This document shows positions 47,684 through 57,030 of a DNA stretch of 64,000 nt, piece after piece. This DNA is from Planctomycetota bacterium (GTDB lineage Bacteria; Planctomycetota; Planctomycetia; Planctomycetales; Planctomycetaceae). The position numbers and the translations under genes were made by a program. Location: assembly GCA_031377305.1 (NCBI GenBank), contig JANMEV010000377.1, positions 166 to 64,165 on the forward strand. The letters run 5' to 3'. A model generated the notes under the pieces. The model was given only the letters and a program-made list of their open reading frames with translations. It was not told where the DNA came from and made no database searches. Each line of letters opens with the position of its first letter. The stretch's first letter is position 1.

Positions 47684-48133
47684 TCAAAATGTTTTGCGGC
47701 TATCCAGCAGTAGTGTCACCGGGCCATCGTTGAGCAGTCGGACGTCCATATGAGCCTGGAACGTTCCGGTTTCAACGGGCAGGTTTAGGCTGCGGAGTTC
47801 TGCGGCGACGCTTTGATAAAGAGCGTTAGCGTTTTCCGGTCGCGCGGCTTCGACAAAGCTCGGTCGTCGACCTTTGCGACAGTCGCCGTGTAAAGTGAAC
47901 TGGCTCACCAGCAGCACGGCGCCACCAACTTCAGCGAGGTCGAGGTTCATCTTGCCATCGGAGCCTTCAAAAACTCGAAGGCTGGCGATCTTGGATGCGA
48001 TCCAACTGGCATCCTCCTGTTTATCGTCGGTCGCGACACCGAGCAGCACGAGGAATCCTTGACCAATGCTTCCAACGACCTGGCCATCGACCGTAACGGA
48101 CGCTTCGGAAACTCGCTGAATGACGGCTCTCAC
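47684..48133 (-). CDS. dtd: D-aminoacyl-tRNA deacylase
   Basis: [33 protein letters not shown]...[17 protein letters not shown]...GPVTLLLD, typical Dtd over its full length (149 aa). Confidence 0.9.
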   Translation of the reverse strand: MRAVIQRVSEASVTVDGQVVGSIGQGFLVLLGVATDDKQEDASWIASKIASLRVFEGSDGKMNLDLAEVGGAVLLVSQFTLHGDCRKGRRPSFVEAARPENANALYQSVAAELRSLNLPVETGTFQAHMDVRLLNDGPVTLLLDSRKTF

Positions 48134-48191
48134 GAGACAAGTGCTTTCGTCGCTGTTGAAGTAAAAAGCAATCGGCAGGAAACAGATCAGG

Positions 48192-49349
48192 CTACATCAG
48201 GCCAACTCGATCGCGATTCGCATCCGGGTCTGCTGCGATTTCGAACCGATCGGCTGTCAATCCTTCCATCGAAATCCCAGGAGTTGATTCCAGCAGCAGA
48301 TCAGCCAGAATCGTGGCAGTCCCGGGAGACGTCTGCAACCCGGAACGGAAGTGGCCGGTTCCGACAAGAAGATTTGAGTAACCCGGCACGAGGCCGAGCA
48401 ACGGCAATTCGTCAGGAGACGCTGGACGAAGTCCGGCCCACGATTGGACCACTTCGGCTTGAGCAAGTGAAGGAACAAGCGAGGTTGCAAACTTCAGCAG
48501 CTCGGAGACCCCCTCCGTGGTGTTTTGCTTGACGAACCCCGCATCTTCCTCTGTCGAACCAATCAGGATTAAACCGTCCTTTCGCGGCACAAGATAGCGG
48601 CGACCATGTTCGATCACGCAGCGAAACGGCTGAGCGGGCAACTGCAATTGAACAATCTGGCCTCGCACTGGCTTCACTGGAATCTTCACGCCGCGCGACT
48701 GAAGCAGCGTTGCCGACCACGCGCCGGCCGTGATGCAGACTTTGTCGAACTGGAATGAACGATTGGCGGCTCGGATCTCGGTGACTCGATCGCCACTGGT
48801 CGTAATGTGGAGATCTTCAGCGTGCTCGACGATTTCAACGCCTCGCCGAAGACAGGCCGCTCGAACAGCTTGAAGATGACGAGGATTTCGCACCTGTCCG
48901 AAATCGGGGAGGTAGCAGACATTGGCAAAGTCAGAATTCAGATCCGTGACGTGTCGTTCTGCATCGCCGGGGGACAGCAGCTCGACTCGAAGACCTTCGT
49001 TCGTCCACGTTCGGAACTGTACATCGAACTCGTGTCGCGAATCTGGCGTAAAGACATCAATTGCGCCGCAGACGTGGTAGCCGTTGTCGATTCCTGTTTG
49101 TTCCCGCAACTCAGCCGAAAATGCCTTCCACATGGCGTGACTATAGGATCGCAGCCGAGCCTCCGGCGTCTGCGCGCGGGACAGATTGCCCGGCGGAAGC
49201 ATTCCCGCGCCGGCCCAGGACGCTTCGCGTCCGGTGGCTCTGCGTTCGAGGATTGTGACAGAGACGCCGCGTTCGGCCAGCTTCAGCGCTGTGGTCAATC
49301 CGATCACGCCTCCGCCGATTAAAACGACGTCGGGTTGGGTCATGGGCAT
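48192..49349 (-). CDS. thiO: FAD-dependent glycine oxidase-like oxidoreductase
   Basis: GxGxxG ([11 protein letters not shown]), [31 protein letters not shown] and GTGHFRSG follow the ThiO/DAO pattern. Confidence 0.65.
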   Translation of the reverse strand: MPMTQPDVVLIGGGVIGLTTALKLAERGVSVTILERRATGREASWAGAGMLPPGNLSRAQTPEARLRSYSHAMWKAFSAELREQTGIDNGYHVCGAIDVFTPDSRHEFDVQFRTWTNEGLRVELLSPGDAERHVTDLNSDFANVCYLPDFGQVRNPRHLQAVRAACLRRGVEIVEHAEDLHITTSGDRVTEIRAANRSFQFDKVCITAGAWSATLLQSRGVKIPVKPVRGQIVQLQLPAQPFRCVIEHGRRYLVPRKDGLILIGSTEEDAGFVKQNTTEGVSELLKFATSLVPSLAQAEVVQSWAGLRPASPDELPLLGLVPGYSNLLVGTGHFRSGLQTSPGTATILADLLLESTPGISMEGLTADRFEIAADPDANRDRVGLM

Positions 49350-49423
49350 GGCAGAAGAATCAGAAGAGAGACCGTGGTCCAGGCTTGCGAGGACTCAAGT
49401 GTGACGATGCGACCAACGGGACG

Positions 49424-50662
49424 TCATTTGGTGCCGATACAGTAAAGCGATTCTTTTCGACCGGTGCCGTCACCTGTGGCGGTTCGAATGAAGAGCTGGC
49501 CATCAATGGCCGCCATGGAAGCGAAGCCAGACTCACCGAGTTGGTTCTGAGCCACTTCCTCGTACTTCTTCGGATTCGCTTTGAAGACCCAGGTTGTGCC
49601 CGCTTCGTTTGTCGCAAAGATTGTTTCCCCGACAAGCAGTGGCGATGTTGAAACGGGGCCTTTCATGCGCTGCTTCCACATTTCCTTACCGGTCTTTGCG
49701 TCCCAGCAGAAGGTAACTCCGCTGTCTGAAAACGCATAGAGATAACCGTTGTGAACCAGCATTGATTGCTCGTAACACTTAACTTTGTTGGACCATGCAA
49801 CTCCGGAGCCATCTGCCTTCACTGCCACTGTTTGCGCGTCCGGATAGCCACCACTTGCAAAGATCAAATCGCCTTCCCAAACGCAGGTGCCGCAGGTGGC
49901 CATAGTCAGGCATTTTGTTTCCCAGTTCGATATTCCTGTGGCTGGATCATATGACGCGATCATGTGAAGACCACTCAGTAGCAATTGGTCTTTTCCTGAA
50001 ATCGTAGCGACGATCGGCGACGACCAATTCAGAAATTGGGGACGTTTCTGTTCCCAAACAGCTTCCCCATTGGAAAGCTTCAACGCTTTCACCCAGGCCA
50101 CGGTATCGCAGTCGCCTGAAACGATCAGCGTGTTTTTGTAAATCGTTGGCGACGAGGCGTAGCCATATTCGTACGCTCTCGGCAGGAATCCACCCACGAC
50201 TTTTCGCCACACAACTTTGCCGCTCATGTCCAGCGCGACAGCTTCGACCTGCTCGTGATGACAAAAGGTCGCAAAGATTCGAGTTCCATTCGTCGCCGCT
50301 GTTGATGATGCGTGAGTGTTCTTTGGATGGATTGGAGGAAACCCGCCCTGGCTGATTGGCGTGATCCACAACTGCTTTCCTGATTTGCAGTCAAACGCGA
50401 CTACCGCCTGAGTCTGAGTTGCTTCGTCTGCCGTGCAGAGTATGACCGTATTTCCCGCGACTATGGGAGATGCGTGGCCTCGTCCGGGGACGTCGGTTTT
50501 CCAGAGGACGTTTGTTGATTCATCCCATTTAGCCGGAACCGGATTGTCGCCGCTTGCAATGTTCTTGTGACTCGGGCCGCGCCATTGAGTCCAGTCTTCA
50601 GCAGCCCCGGATTGAACGAATAGAACGGCACAACACATCCATGCAAAATTGGCTCGCAACAT
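49424..50662 (-). CDS. secreted PQQ-like beta-propeller repeat protein
   Basis: The ATG at 50662 gives a signal peptide (MLRANFAWMCCAVLFVQSGAA) immediately followed by DWTQWRGPSH. Repeated 'A.D..tGk..W' blades are present. The ORF track extends to 50962. Confidence 0.75.
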   Translation of the reverse strand: MLRANFAWMCCAVLFVQSGAAEDWTQWRGPSHKNIASGDNPVPAKWDESTNVLWKTDVPGRGHASPIVAGNTVILCTADEATQTQAVVAFDCKSGKQLWITPISQGGFPPIHPKNTHASSTAATNGTRIFATFCHHEQVEAVALDMSGKVVWRKVVGGFLPRAYEYGYASSPTIYKNTLIVSGDCDTVAWVKALKLSNGEAVWEQKRPQFLNWSSPIVATISGKDQLLLSGLHMIASYDPATGISNWETKCLTMATCGTCVWEGDLIFASGGYPDAQTVAVKADGSGVAWSNKVKCYEQSMLVHNGYLYAFSDSGVTFCWDAKTGKEMWKQRMKGPVSTSPLLVGETIFATNEAGTTWVFKANPKKYEEVAQNQLGESGFASMAAIDGQLFIRTATGDGTGRKESLYCIGTK

Positions 50663-50980
50663 TTCCTGACTCCGGAACGACAGTTTCAAAATAAATTTCT
50701 CACGGCGCATTTGGACAAGTGTCGCTGCGGACGATGGAACGTCAAGGGACCCGCGATTTCGTGCAACTCCAGTCATCAAAGCACTGTGATTCGAAGCTAC
50801 ATTGCCGCCCCTACGACAGCTTACACAGAGCTGTCTCAACGCGAGTGTCTGTGATTCTACTTTTGGAAGGCTCATGAACATGGAAAATCGAGACAAGTAT
50901 TCGTTGTGTTCGCTCTGCCACTGAGCGAAAACTCCAGCGTATCGCGGCTGATGCAGCCGCAAATCGAAGGAGGCAGCGGC

Positions 50981-53221
50981 ATGCCGTGTTCAATTGATCA
51001 ATTCATTTCGCGCCTTCGGAAGAGTCGACTGCTGCCTGATGCAGAGGTTGATTCTCTCGGCGACAGAACAGAGGTTGATGGTTCGCTGGCAGCGATCGCA
51101 AAGGAACTCGTCGATGCAGGAAAGTTAACGTTGTTTCAAGTGAAGTCGCTTCTGGAAGATCTCGGCGATCCTTTGATACTGGGCGAATACATCGTTCAGG
51201 ATCAGGTTGGTCGTGGAGGCATGGGCACGGTTTATCGGGCCATCCATCGGCGAATGAAGCGAACGGTCGCGATCAAGGTGTTGCGGCGCGACATTCCGGA
51301 TGCCGACTTTCTCTCAAAACGTTTTCTCCGCGAAGTTGAAGTCGCGGCCAGGCTGTGTCATCCCAATATCGTTATGGCTTACGATGCTGGTGAACAAAAC
51401 GGCGTCAGCTTTCTGGTTTCGGAATTTATCGAGGGTCAGAATCTTGGTGACCTTGTTCGTCAGTACGGACCGTTGTCGCTGCCGCTGGCGGTGGATGTTG
51501 TTCAGCAGACCGCTCGTGCTTTGCAGTATGCTCATGGCGAGGGAGTGATTCATCGAGACATCAAGCCCTCGAATCTGTTGCTGGATGATTCGGGCAACGT
51601 GAAGCTTTTGGACGTTGGGCTTGCGCGCATCAGTCCGTCGGAGTTGTCTGATCCGGATGCTGTCTCGGATCTTACAACCACCGGCATGATTATGGGAACG
51701 GTGGACTACATGTCTCCGGAGCAGGCCTTGAACACACGCCTTGCAGATGAACGATCGGATGTTTACAGCCTTGGCTGCACGTTGTATTTCCTGATGACAG
51801 GCCGCGCGCCGTTTGCATCGGGTACGGCAATGGAGCGTTTGCTGGCGCACCGTGAGCAGCCGATTCCTATGTTGGTGTCACTATCGACATTGTTTCCGTC
51901 AGAGCTGGACGAACTTCTGTCTTCAATGCTGGCGAAAGATCCGTCGCAACGGATCGAATCAATGAACAAACTCGTAGAGCGGCTGGAAGCAATGAGGGCG
52001 TCCGATTTACCGGACGTGACGCTTCCTTGCAGCACCGCTGGCAACGACGTCATGGCAGACGCAACTGATGAAGCGGAATATGAACCAACTGAGGCGATTC
52101 CGGAGTTGTCTACGTCGAAGGAGATGCCATCCGCTTCGTCGCTTCCGGCCACAGCGATTGGCATGACTGCCGGTTCATTGGACGAGACAGATGTAGACGC
52201 GACCACACTGTTGCAAGTCGCGGACTCGGAGCCGAATACAACTAACGCTTCCTCCAGAAGGAGATCTTCCGTTTCGTCGCAGGCCTCGATTTTGCCGTGG
52301 ATCATCGTACCGGGATTTGCGGCCGTGGCGCTACTGTTTTGGTACTTTGGTCCGACCTGGAATGGCGCGAAAGATGAATTGCGGGATACCGCGTCTGGTC
52401 GACCGAATGTGGAATCGTTGACGGATCAATCAGAGGAAGAAGCGTCTTCGTATCGTTCGAAATGGGCTTCGTCGCTGGGATTGGATACTGAGCAGACTTT
52501 GAACGGCGTTACTTTTCTGCTCCTGCCACCGGGTCGATTCCTTTTTGGCGAAGGAGAGACTTCCGTCGAGACCGAGCTCCCGCAACCGTTATACCTAACA
52601 GAAGTCGAAGTCACTGTTGAACAGTTTAGAGCGTTCGTGGAGGCATCGGACAACTATCAGACTCTCGCGGAACGCAATGGCAATGGCTGGGGGTTGGTTG
52701 CGGGGCAATGGGTTCAGGGACCGGGCTACTGTTGGAGAAATTTGGGCGAGAACTTTGTTGGCGACAGTACACCAGCGACCAGCATTTCCTATCCCGATGC
52801 AATGGCGTTTTGCGATTGGATGTCGTCCGTCACGAAGCAGATCGTTCGGCTACCTCGTGAAGAGGAGTGGGAGTACGCCTGCCGATGCGGCCGCCGCGGC
52901 GAATGGTCATTCGGCGATGACGCCGTGTTGCTGGATCAGTATGCGTGGGTTCGAAGCAACTCGAAGCTCGAAATTCACCCGGTTCGTCAATTGTTGCCCA
53001 ATGCCTGGGGGCTCTTCGACATGCACGGCAACGAATCTGAGTGGTGCCTTGAACCGACCGTTCAGCTGTCGGCCTATTCTGGACAGGGATCGGTTCGAGG
53101 TGGAGGATTTTACAGTTCCGACGACGAGGCACGCTGCAGTGCGCGGTTTCGAACAGATTTGATGCTGCCAACTCGTGGCGCATTCCGCGTCCTGATGGAA
53201 TACAAGCCGTCCGAGCTTTGA
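50981..53221 (+). CDS. Ser/Thr protein kinase - TM - FGE/SUMF1-type (formylglycine-generating-enzyme-like) domain fusion
   Basis: GAAGGAGG lies 7 nt upstream of the ATG at 50981. Kinase motifs GRGGMGTVY, VAIKVL, HRDIKPSNLL, DVGLA and VDYMSPE. TM helix ILPWIIVPGFAAVALLFWYF. The C-terminal segment ...RLPREEEWEYACR...WGLFDMHGNESEW...RGGGF is typical of the FGE-sulfatase fold. Confidence 0.85.
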   Translation: MPCSIDQFISRLRKSRLLPDAEVDSLGDRTEVDGSLAAIAKELVDAGKLTLFQVKSLLEDLGDPLILGEYIVQDQVGRGGMGTVYRAIHRRMKRTVAIKVLRRDIPDADFLSKRFLREVEVAARLCHPNIVMAYDAGEQNGVSFLVSEFIEGQNLGDLVRQYGPLSLPLAVDVVQQTARALQYAHGEGVIHRDIKPSNLLLDDSGNVKLLDVGLARISPSELSDPDAVSDLTTTGMIMGTVDYMSPEQALNTRLADERSDVYSLGCTLYFLMTGRAPFASGTAMERLLAHREQPIPMLVSLSTLFPSELDELLSSMLAKDPSQRIESMNKLVERLEAMRASDLPDVTLPCSTAGNDVMADATDEAEYEPTEAIPELSTSKEMPSASSLPATAIGMTAGSLDETDVDATTLLQVADSEPNTTNASSRRRSSVSSQASILPWIIVPGFAAVALLFWYFGPTWNGAKDELRDTASGRPNVESLTDQSEEEASSYRSKWASSLGLDTEQTLNGVTFLLLPPGRFLFGEGETSVETELPQPLYLTEVEVTVEQFRAFVEASDNYQTLAERNGNGWGLVAGQWVQGPGYCWRNLGENFVGDSTPATSISYPDAMAFCDWMSSVTKQIVRLPREEEWEYACRCGRRGEWSFGDDAVLLDQYAWVRSNSKLEIHPVRQLLPNAWGLFDMHGNESEWCLEPTVQLSAYSGQGSVRGGGFYSSDDEARCSARFRTDLMLPTRGAFRVLMEYKPSEL

Positions 53222-53253
53222 TATCTGGTCGACCGTCCGGATTCCTGTTGCGT

Positions 53254-53901
53254 CTACAGCAATTCTGTCAGTGAATGGATGTGCCGGTCAGCAGTTTCAG
53301 TGCGCTGGACGCCGGGCCGCAGGATCTGCACGGTCGGAATTCCAAGCTGAATTCCCGCAGCGATTTCGCTTGAGGCACTGTCGCCTACGATGAGCATCTC
53401 GTGAGGCTTCCAATTGCGTGATTGCATCAGGTCTGAAAGGATCTTTTCCTTGCCGAGATGAACTTGCGCATCGACGGCGTCAATCACAATTAAGTTGAAC
53501 AACTGGGTGATGCCGAGTGCTTCAATCTTCTGCCATTGAACTCGCTGGTAGCCAGAGGTCAGCAGACACTTGAAAGCATGGATCGCCTTCAGGGTTTCGA
53601 TGACATCCGAAAACGGGAGCAGCCGCTCGGGCAATCGAAGTGTTTGTTGTGCATTCGCCCAGACTTCCAGAAGTCTTTGGGGTAAACCGTGTTTTGCAGC
53701 CACAATAGGAAAAGGGACGAACCACGAATCTTCGATGGCCTGATCCAGCACCTCGGCTGGTACACAGTCGCGGCCCATGTTTGCCCCACGCAGGGCAGCG
53801 AAGAGATTGCCAGTAACGGAGTCGGGAATGGAACGCGTGTCGAACAGCGTATTGTCGAGATCGAAGATGACAACCTTGATCATGATGTTCGCAGTTGGCA
53901 T
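53254..53901 (-). CDS. HAD-superfamily hydrolase
   Basis: Motif I VVIFDLDNTLFD, motif II LLTSG and motif IV VGDSASSEI. The ATG at 53883 is an alternative start. Confidence 0.8.
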   Translation of the reverse strand: MPTANIMIKVVIFDLDNTLFDTRSIPDSVTGNLFAALRGANMGRDCVPAEVLDQAIEDSWFVPFPIVAAKHGLPQRLLEVWANAQQTLRLPERLLPFSDVIETLKAIHAFKCLLTSGYQRVQWQKIEALGITQLFNLIVIDAVDAQVHLGKEKILSDLMQSRNWKPHEMLIVGDSASSEIAAGIQLGIPTVQILRPGVQRTETADRHIHSLTELL

Positions 53902-53910
53902 CAGGTACGA

Positions 53911-55188
53911 TCAATAGCAGAACTGAAGTCCCACATTCGCTCCATGGGCAAGTACCTGGCCGTGAGTGTCGACTCCGTAAACTCGATTATTCAGTGTCGT
54001 GCCTCTCACCGCGTTGTACTGATCAGGCGAAATGGCAACACCGTGGAGGAACATCATTTCATAGCCACTTGTCAGACTCCAGTGGTCGCTGAGTGGGAAG
54101 TTGGATTTAATACCCACAGTGCCGGCAAACGCCAGCGTGTCCTTAACGCTGTTAAACGTGCGGCCATACGTGGACGAATCGCCGCTCACCGGGTCCGTTC
54201 CTATGTATGTTTCTGACACGGATCCGGTCACGCGGTTATGATACATGCCTGTCTTCACAACACCGTCGATGGTCCAGCCTCGCCAGTACATGATCTCTTC
54301 CTGAAAGATCAACTGCACACCGTTGAGGTTGTTTGCGACCTTTGCTGACTGATACATCTGAAGAACATCGGCAACTCCTGTAGGATTGCGAGTCTCATCT
54401 TCGAAGCCGTTGGCCGTTCCACCCAGAAAGTCGAGGCGGCCAAAAGTGGTGAGCGAATTGTGCGAGATGCCGCCATTCGCAGCAAGGTTGTCGACGGCTC
54501 GCAAGGTTCCGGTGATTGCGACTTCAGCAGCCTCATCAAGCTGCAGATTGCGATAGCCCGCACCGAACTGAAAATGGGCCTCTGGGTCTTCAGTCACCAC
54601 ATTGAGTTCGAACGTCTGAAGAACACTCTTGTAGTAAACTTCATAGGTTGGCAGGGCATCGCCCGCAAAACCAGCCGCTGGTCCAAGGCCCTCAAACTCG
54701 TCCGCGTCGCCGCCCATGCCAGCGGCTGATGCGGCATGGAGCCCCTTGAAGCCAGTCGTCATGTTGATGAAATCGGAACCCGCCCAGGCTCCGGTGATTC
54801 CTTCGTCGAAGGAAAGTCCCTGAGTCAGGCTGCCTGACGACCCGGAATTCCACGTGCCGTAATGCGAATAGATCCCTTCAACTCGGACGCCACCACTGCT
54901 CAGGGCAAGAAATCCGCGAACCCCGGACTGGTAGTCGAAGTTCAGATTGTTGATGTTCACCAGACTTGAGTCCGGCCCGCCAATGAAAGGTCTTGGGCTA
55001 TCAAATCTCTGGTCGCGAGTCGTAATAAGGTATTCCGTGCCCGCAGTTAACACCGTATAGGGTTCCGTCGGGACGTAAAGTGAATCCTGAGCCTTGGCCG
55101 TGCCTGCGGACATTGAAAGAAATAACGCGATCGCCAGAGACAACCATCGCTTCCGTGGCATGCCGAACATCCTGTTTCTGAAGTGCAT
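53911..55188 (-). CDS. outer-membrane beta-barrel protein (BBP7/DUF1551-like)
   Basis: Signal peptide (WLSLAIALFLSMSAGTAKAQ), alternating beta-strand pattern, many G/Y/N/T residues and an aromatic C-terminus (...GLQFCY). It resembles the planctomycete BBP7 family as I remember it. Confidence 0.6.
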   Translation of the reverse strand: MHFRNRMFGMPRKRWLSLAIALFLSMSAGTAKAQDSLYVPTEPYTVLTAGTEYLITTRDQRFDSPRPFIGGPDSSLVNINNLNFDYQSGVRGFLALSSGGVRVEGIYSHYGTWNSGSSGSLTQGLSFDEGITGAWAGSDFINMTTGFKGLHAASAAGMGGDADEFEGLGPAAGFAGDALPTYEVYYKSVLQTFELNVVTEDPEAHFQFGAGYRNLQLDEAAEVAITGTLRAVDNLAANGGISHNSLTTFGRLDFLGGTANGFEDETRNPTGVADVLQMYQSAKVANNLNGVQLIFQEEIMYWRGWTIDGVVKTGMYHNRVTGSVSETYIGTDPVSGDSSTYGRTFNSVKDTLAFAGTVGIKSNFPLSDHWSLTSGYEMMFLHGVAISPDQYNAVRGTTLNNRVYGVDTHGQVLAHGANVGLQFCY

Positions 55189-55667
55189 CCCGCCGTGGCG
55201 TCACATCCGTGAGGCCTCCTGTTACGGGTTCATCATTTCTTTTCGAACCTTCAGAAACCTGCACTGAATCGCAACTCCGAGCTTTCGGCTCCTTCTACGG
55301 GTTTGCTGGCCACGACACCTGTTTTTGCCATTGTGCCGAATTTGCGGGCGGGGATGGGAGGCCATTCGGTACTCGTTGAGCGATCTTCGACTTAGCCTTC
55401 GAGTGTTTCCGAAAGGCCTCATTCAGTCGTAATGTTTCCAAAACGCCACGCTGCGTGTTTACTTTGCATCATCGGGTGTCGCGAAAGGGCAGCAGATGTC
55501 GAAGGGCGATGTTGCCATGATGCCAACAGTTGTTTCAATCGAGTTGCAGCCCGGTTTCACCTGCGGCATTTCGCAACACGTGCGTCAAATCGAAATCTTT
55601 TTCCCTTAACCGTCAGAACTTGGGAGCCAAGCTTCGAACGAGTCAACCCGAAACCTCCACTGGAATC

Positions 55668-56891
55668 ATGAAGCTCATGCTGCAGTTTGTTGAAAACCAG
55701 CGACAGAGACTCGAAACCTCATTCATCTGTCGAGCATTCGTGCCGCTTGCTGCGATACTTCTCGCAACGATGTCGTGCCCCGCGCCCCTTGACGCCGCAG
55801 GGCCCAAATCGCGACTTGTGGAAATCAAGGACGCTGAAAAGACGTATGTCGGCAAAGTTGTGGCGAAGTGTCCACAGAATTGCTATTTGATGGATCGCTT
55901 CGGAGGGATGGCTTATCTGCCGATCTCACGTTTGGAGTCGTTCAAAGTTGTTGGCGAAGGCTACCGTTCTTCGACCTTCATGGAGTTTCGTCAACAGCTG
56001 CTGGCGGAGTTTCCGTCGGGCTACGAGATCAGGAATTCAGCCCATTACATAGTTGTTGCAAAGAAAGGGCGAGCGACTGCCTTTGCGTCGCTATTCGAGG
56101 AGATCTATCATCAGGTCGACGCGTTCTACAAGATCCGTGGCTTTGAAACGAATTCCCCCGAAGTCCTTCTCGTTGCGATCGTGTTGGGGACTCAGGAAGA
56201 GTTCAAGGAGTACTGCGGCCGGGATGAAGTGCTGTGGTCTAAGGACCTGCGCGGCTACTACTCGCTGAAATCAAACCGTGTTGCTCTTTATGACGACCCC
56301 TCTCTCTTAAACTCGGTGACGTCGGTTCAGCCGACGTCCACCTTGCCGAATGACCAGTTCAAAGCTCTGATCAATTCTGTTAGCGGCGAAACAGCGGACA
56401 CTGTCGTTCATGAAACCACTCACCAGGTCGGCTACAACATTGGAATCCACTCGCGACTCGGTGAGACTCCGAGCTGGGTTGTCGAAGGTTTAGCAACTGT
56501 CCTCGAGGCTCCAGGGCTCCGATCGCGGGGTAAGGCGAGTGGAAAGTCCGGCGGCGAGAAGGTGAATCCCCAGCGTCTGGAATGGTTCCGGGGCGAATAT
56601 GAAAGTCGTCGTAAACCGGGCGACATTGCCAAGATGATTGCTTCCGACGACTTCTTCCGCAGTCAGGCTTTGGATGCCTACAGCGCCGCATGGGCATTCA
56701 CTTACTTCATGACGGAGAATCCCGCGCGAGCCAGAAAGTATGTTCGGTATCTCAAGCTTCTTGGCGAACGGGACCCGATGCAGGCCTATTCGGCCGAAGA
56801 TCGCCTGAAGGATTTTCAGTCGGTGTTTGGTGATATCGCTCGACTGGAAGTCGACTTCCTGCGATCCATGGATCGAGTCGAAAGTCCTTAG
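55668..56891 (+). CDS. DUF1570-like protein with an HExxH motif
   Basis: The ATG at 55668 gives a signal/TM segment (FICRAFVPLAAILLATMSCPAP). HETTHQVGYN (HExxH) sits in the middle. The ORF track starts at 55530. Confidence 0.7.
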   Translation: MKLMLQFVENQRQRLETSFICRAFVPLAAILLATMSCPAPLDAAGPKSRLVEIKDAEKTYVGKVVAKCPQNCYLMDRFGGMAYLPISRLESFKVVGEGYRSSTFMEFRQQLLAEFPSGYEIRNSAHYIVVAKKGRATAFASLFEEIYHQVDAFYKIRGFETNSPEVLLVAIVLGTQEEFKEYCGRDEVLWSKDLRGYYSLKSNRVALYDDPSLLNSVTSVQPTSTLPNDQFKALINSVSGETADTVVHETTHQVGYNIGIHSRLGETPSWVVEGLATVLEAPGLRSRGKASGKSGGEKVNPQRLEWFRGEYESRRKPGDIAKMIASDDFFRSQALDAYSAAWAFTYFMTENPARARKYVRYLKLLGERDPMQAYSAEDRLKDFQSVFGDIARLEVDFLRSMDRVESP

Positions 56892-56959
56892 CAACGGTGG
56901 CCGTTGTTCGAATCCCATTTGAGATTTCTGTCGCACCCTGCTCTGTGGTTGCCTCCACC

Positions 56960-56992
56960 AAAAGAAAAACCCGACACATTTGCTATGTCGGG
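56960..56992 (-). terminator. Rho-independent terminator of the rho gene (minus strand)
   Basis: On the minus strand: CCCGACA-TAGCAAATG-TGTCGGG followed by TTTTTCTTTT. It lies 39 nt after the rho stop codon, in the convergent gap with the DUF1570-like gene. Confidence 0.75.
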
Positions 56993-57030
56993 CTTTCCTG
57001 GGAGGGTTGGTCAGAACGCCTGAAATTCCG

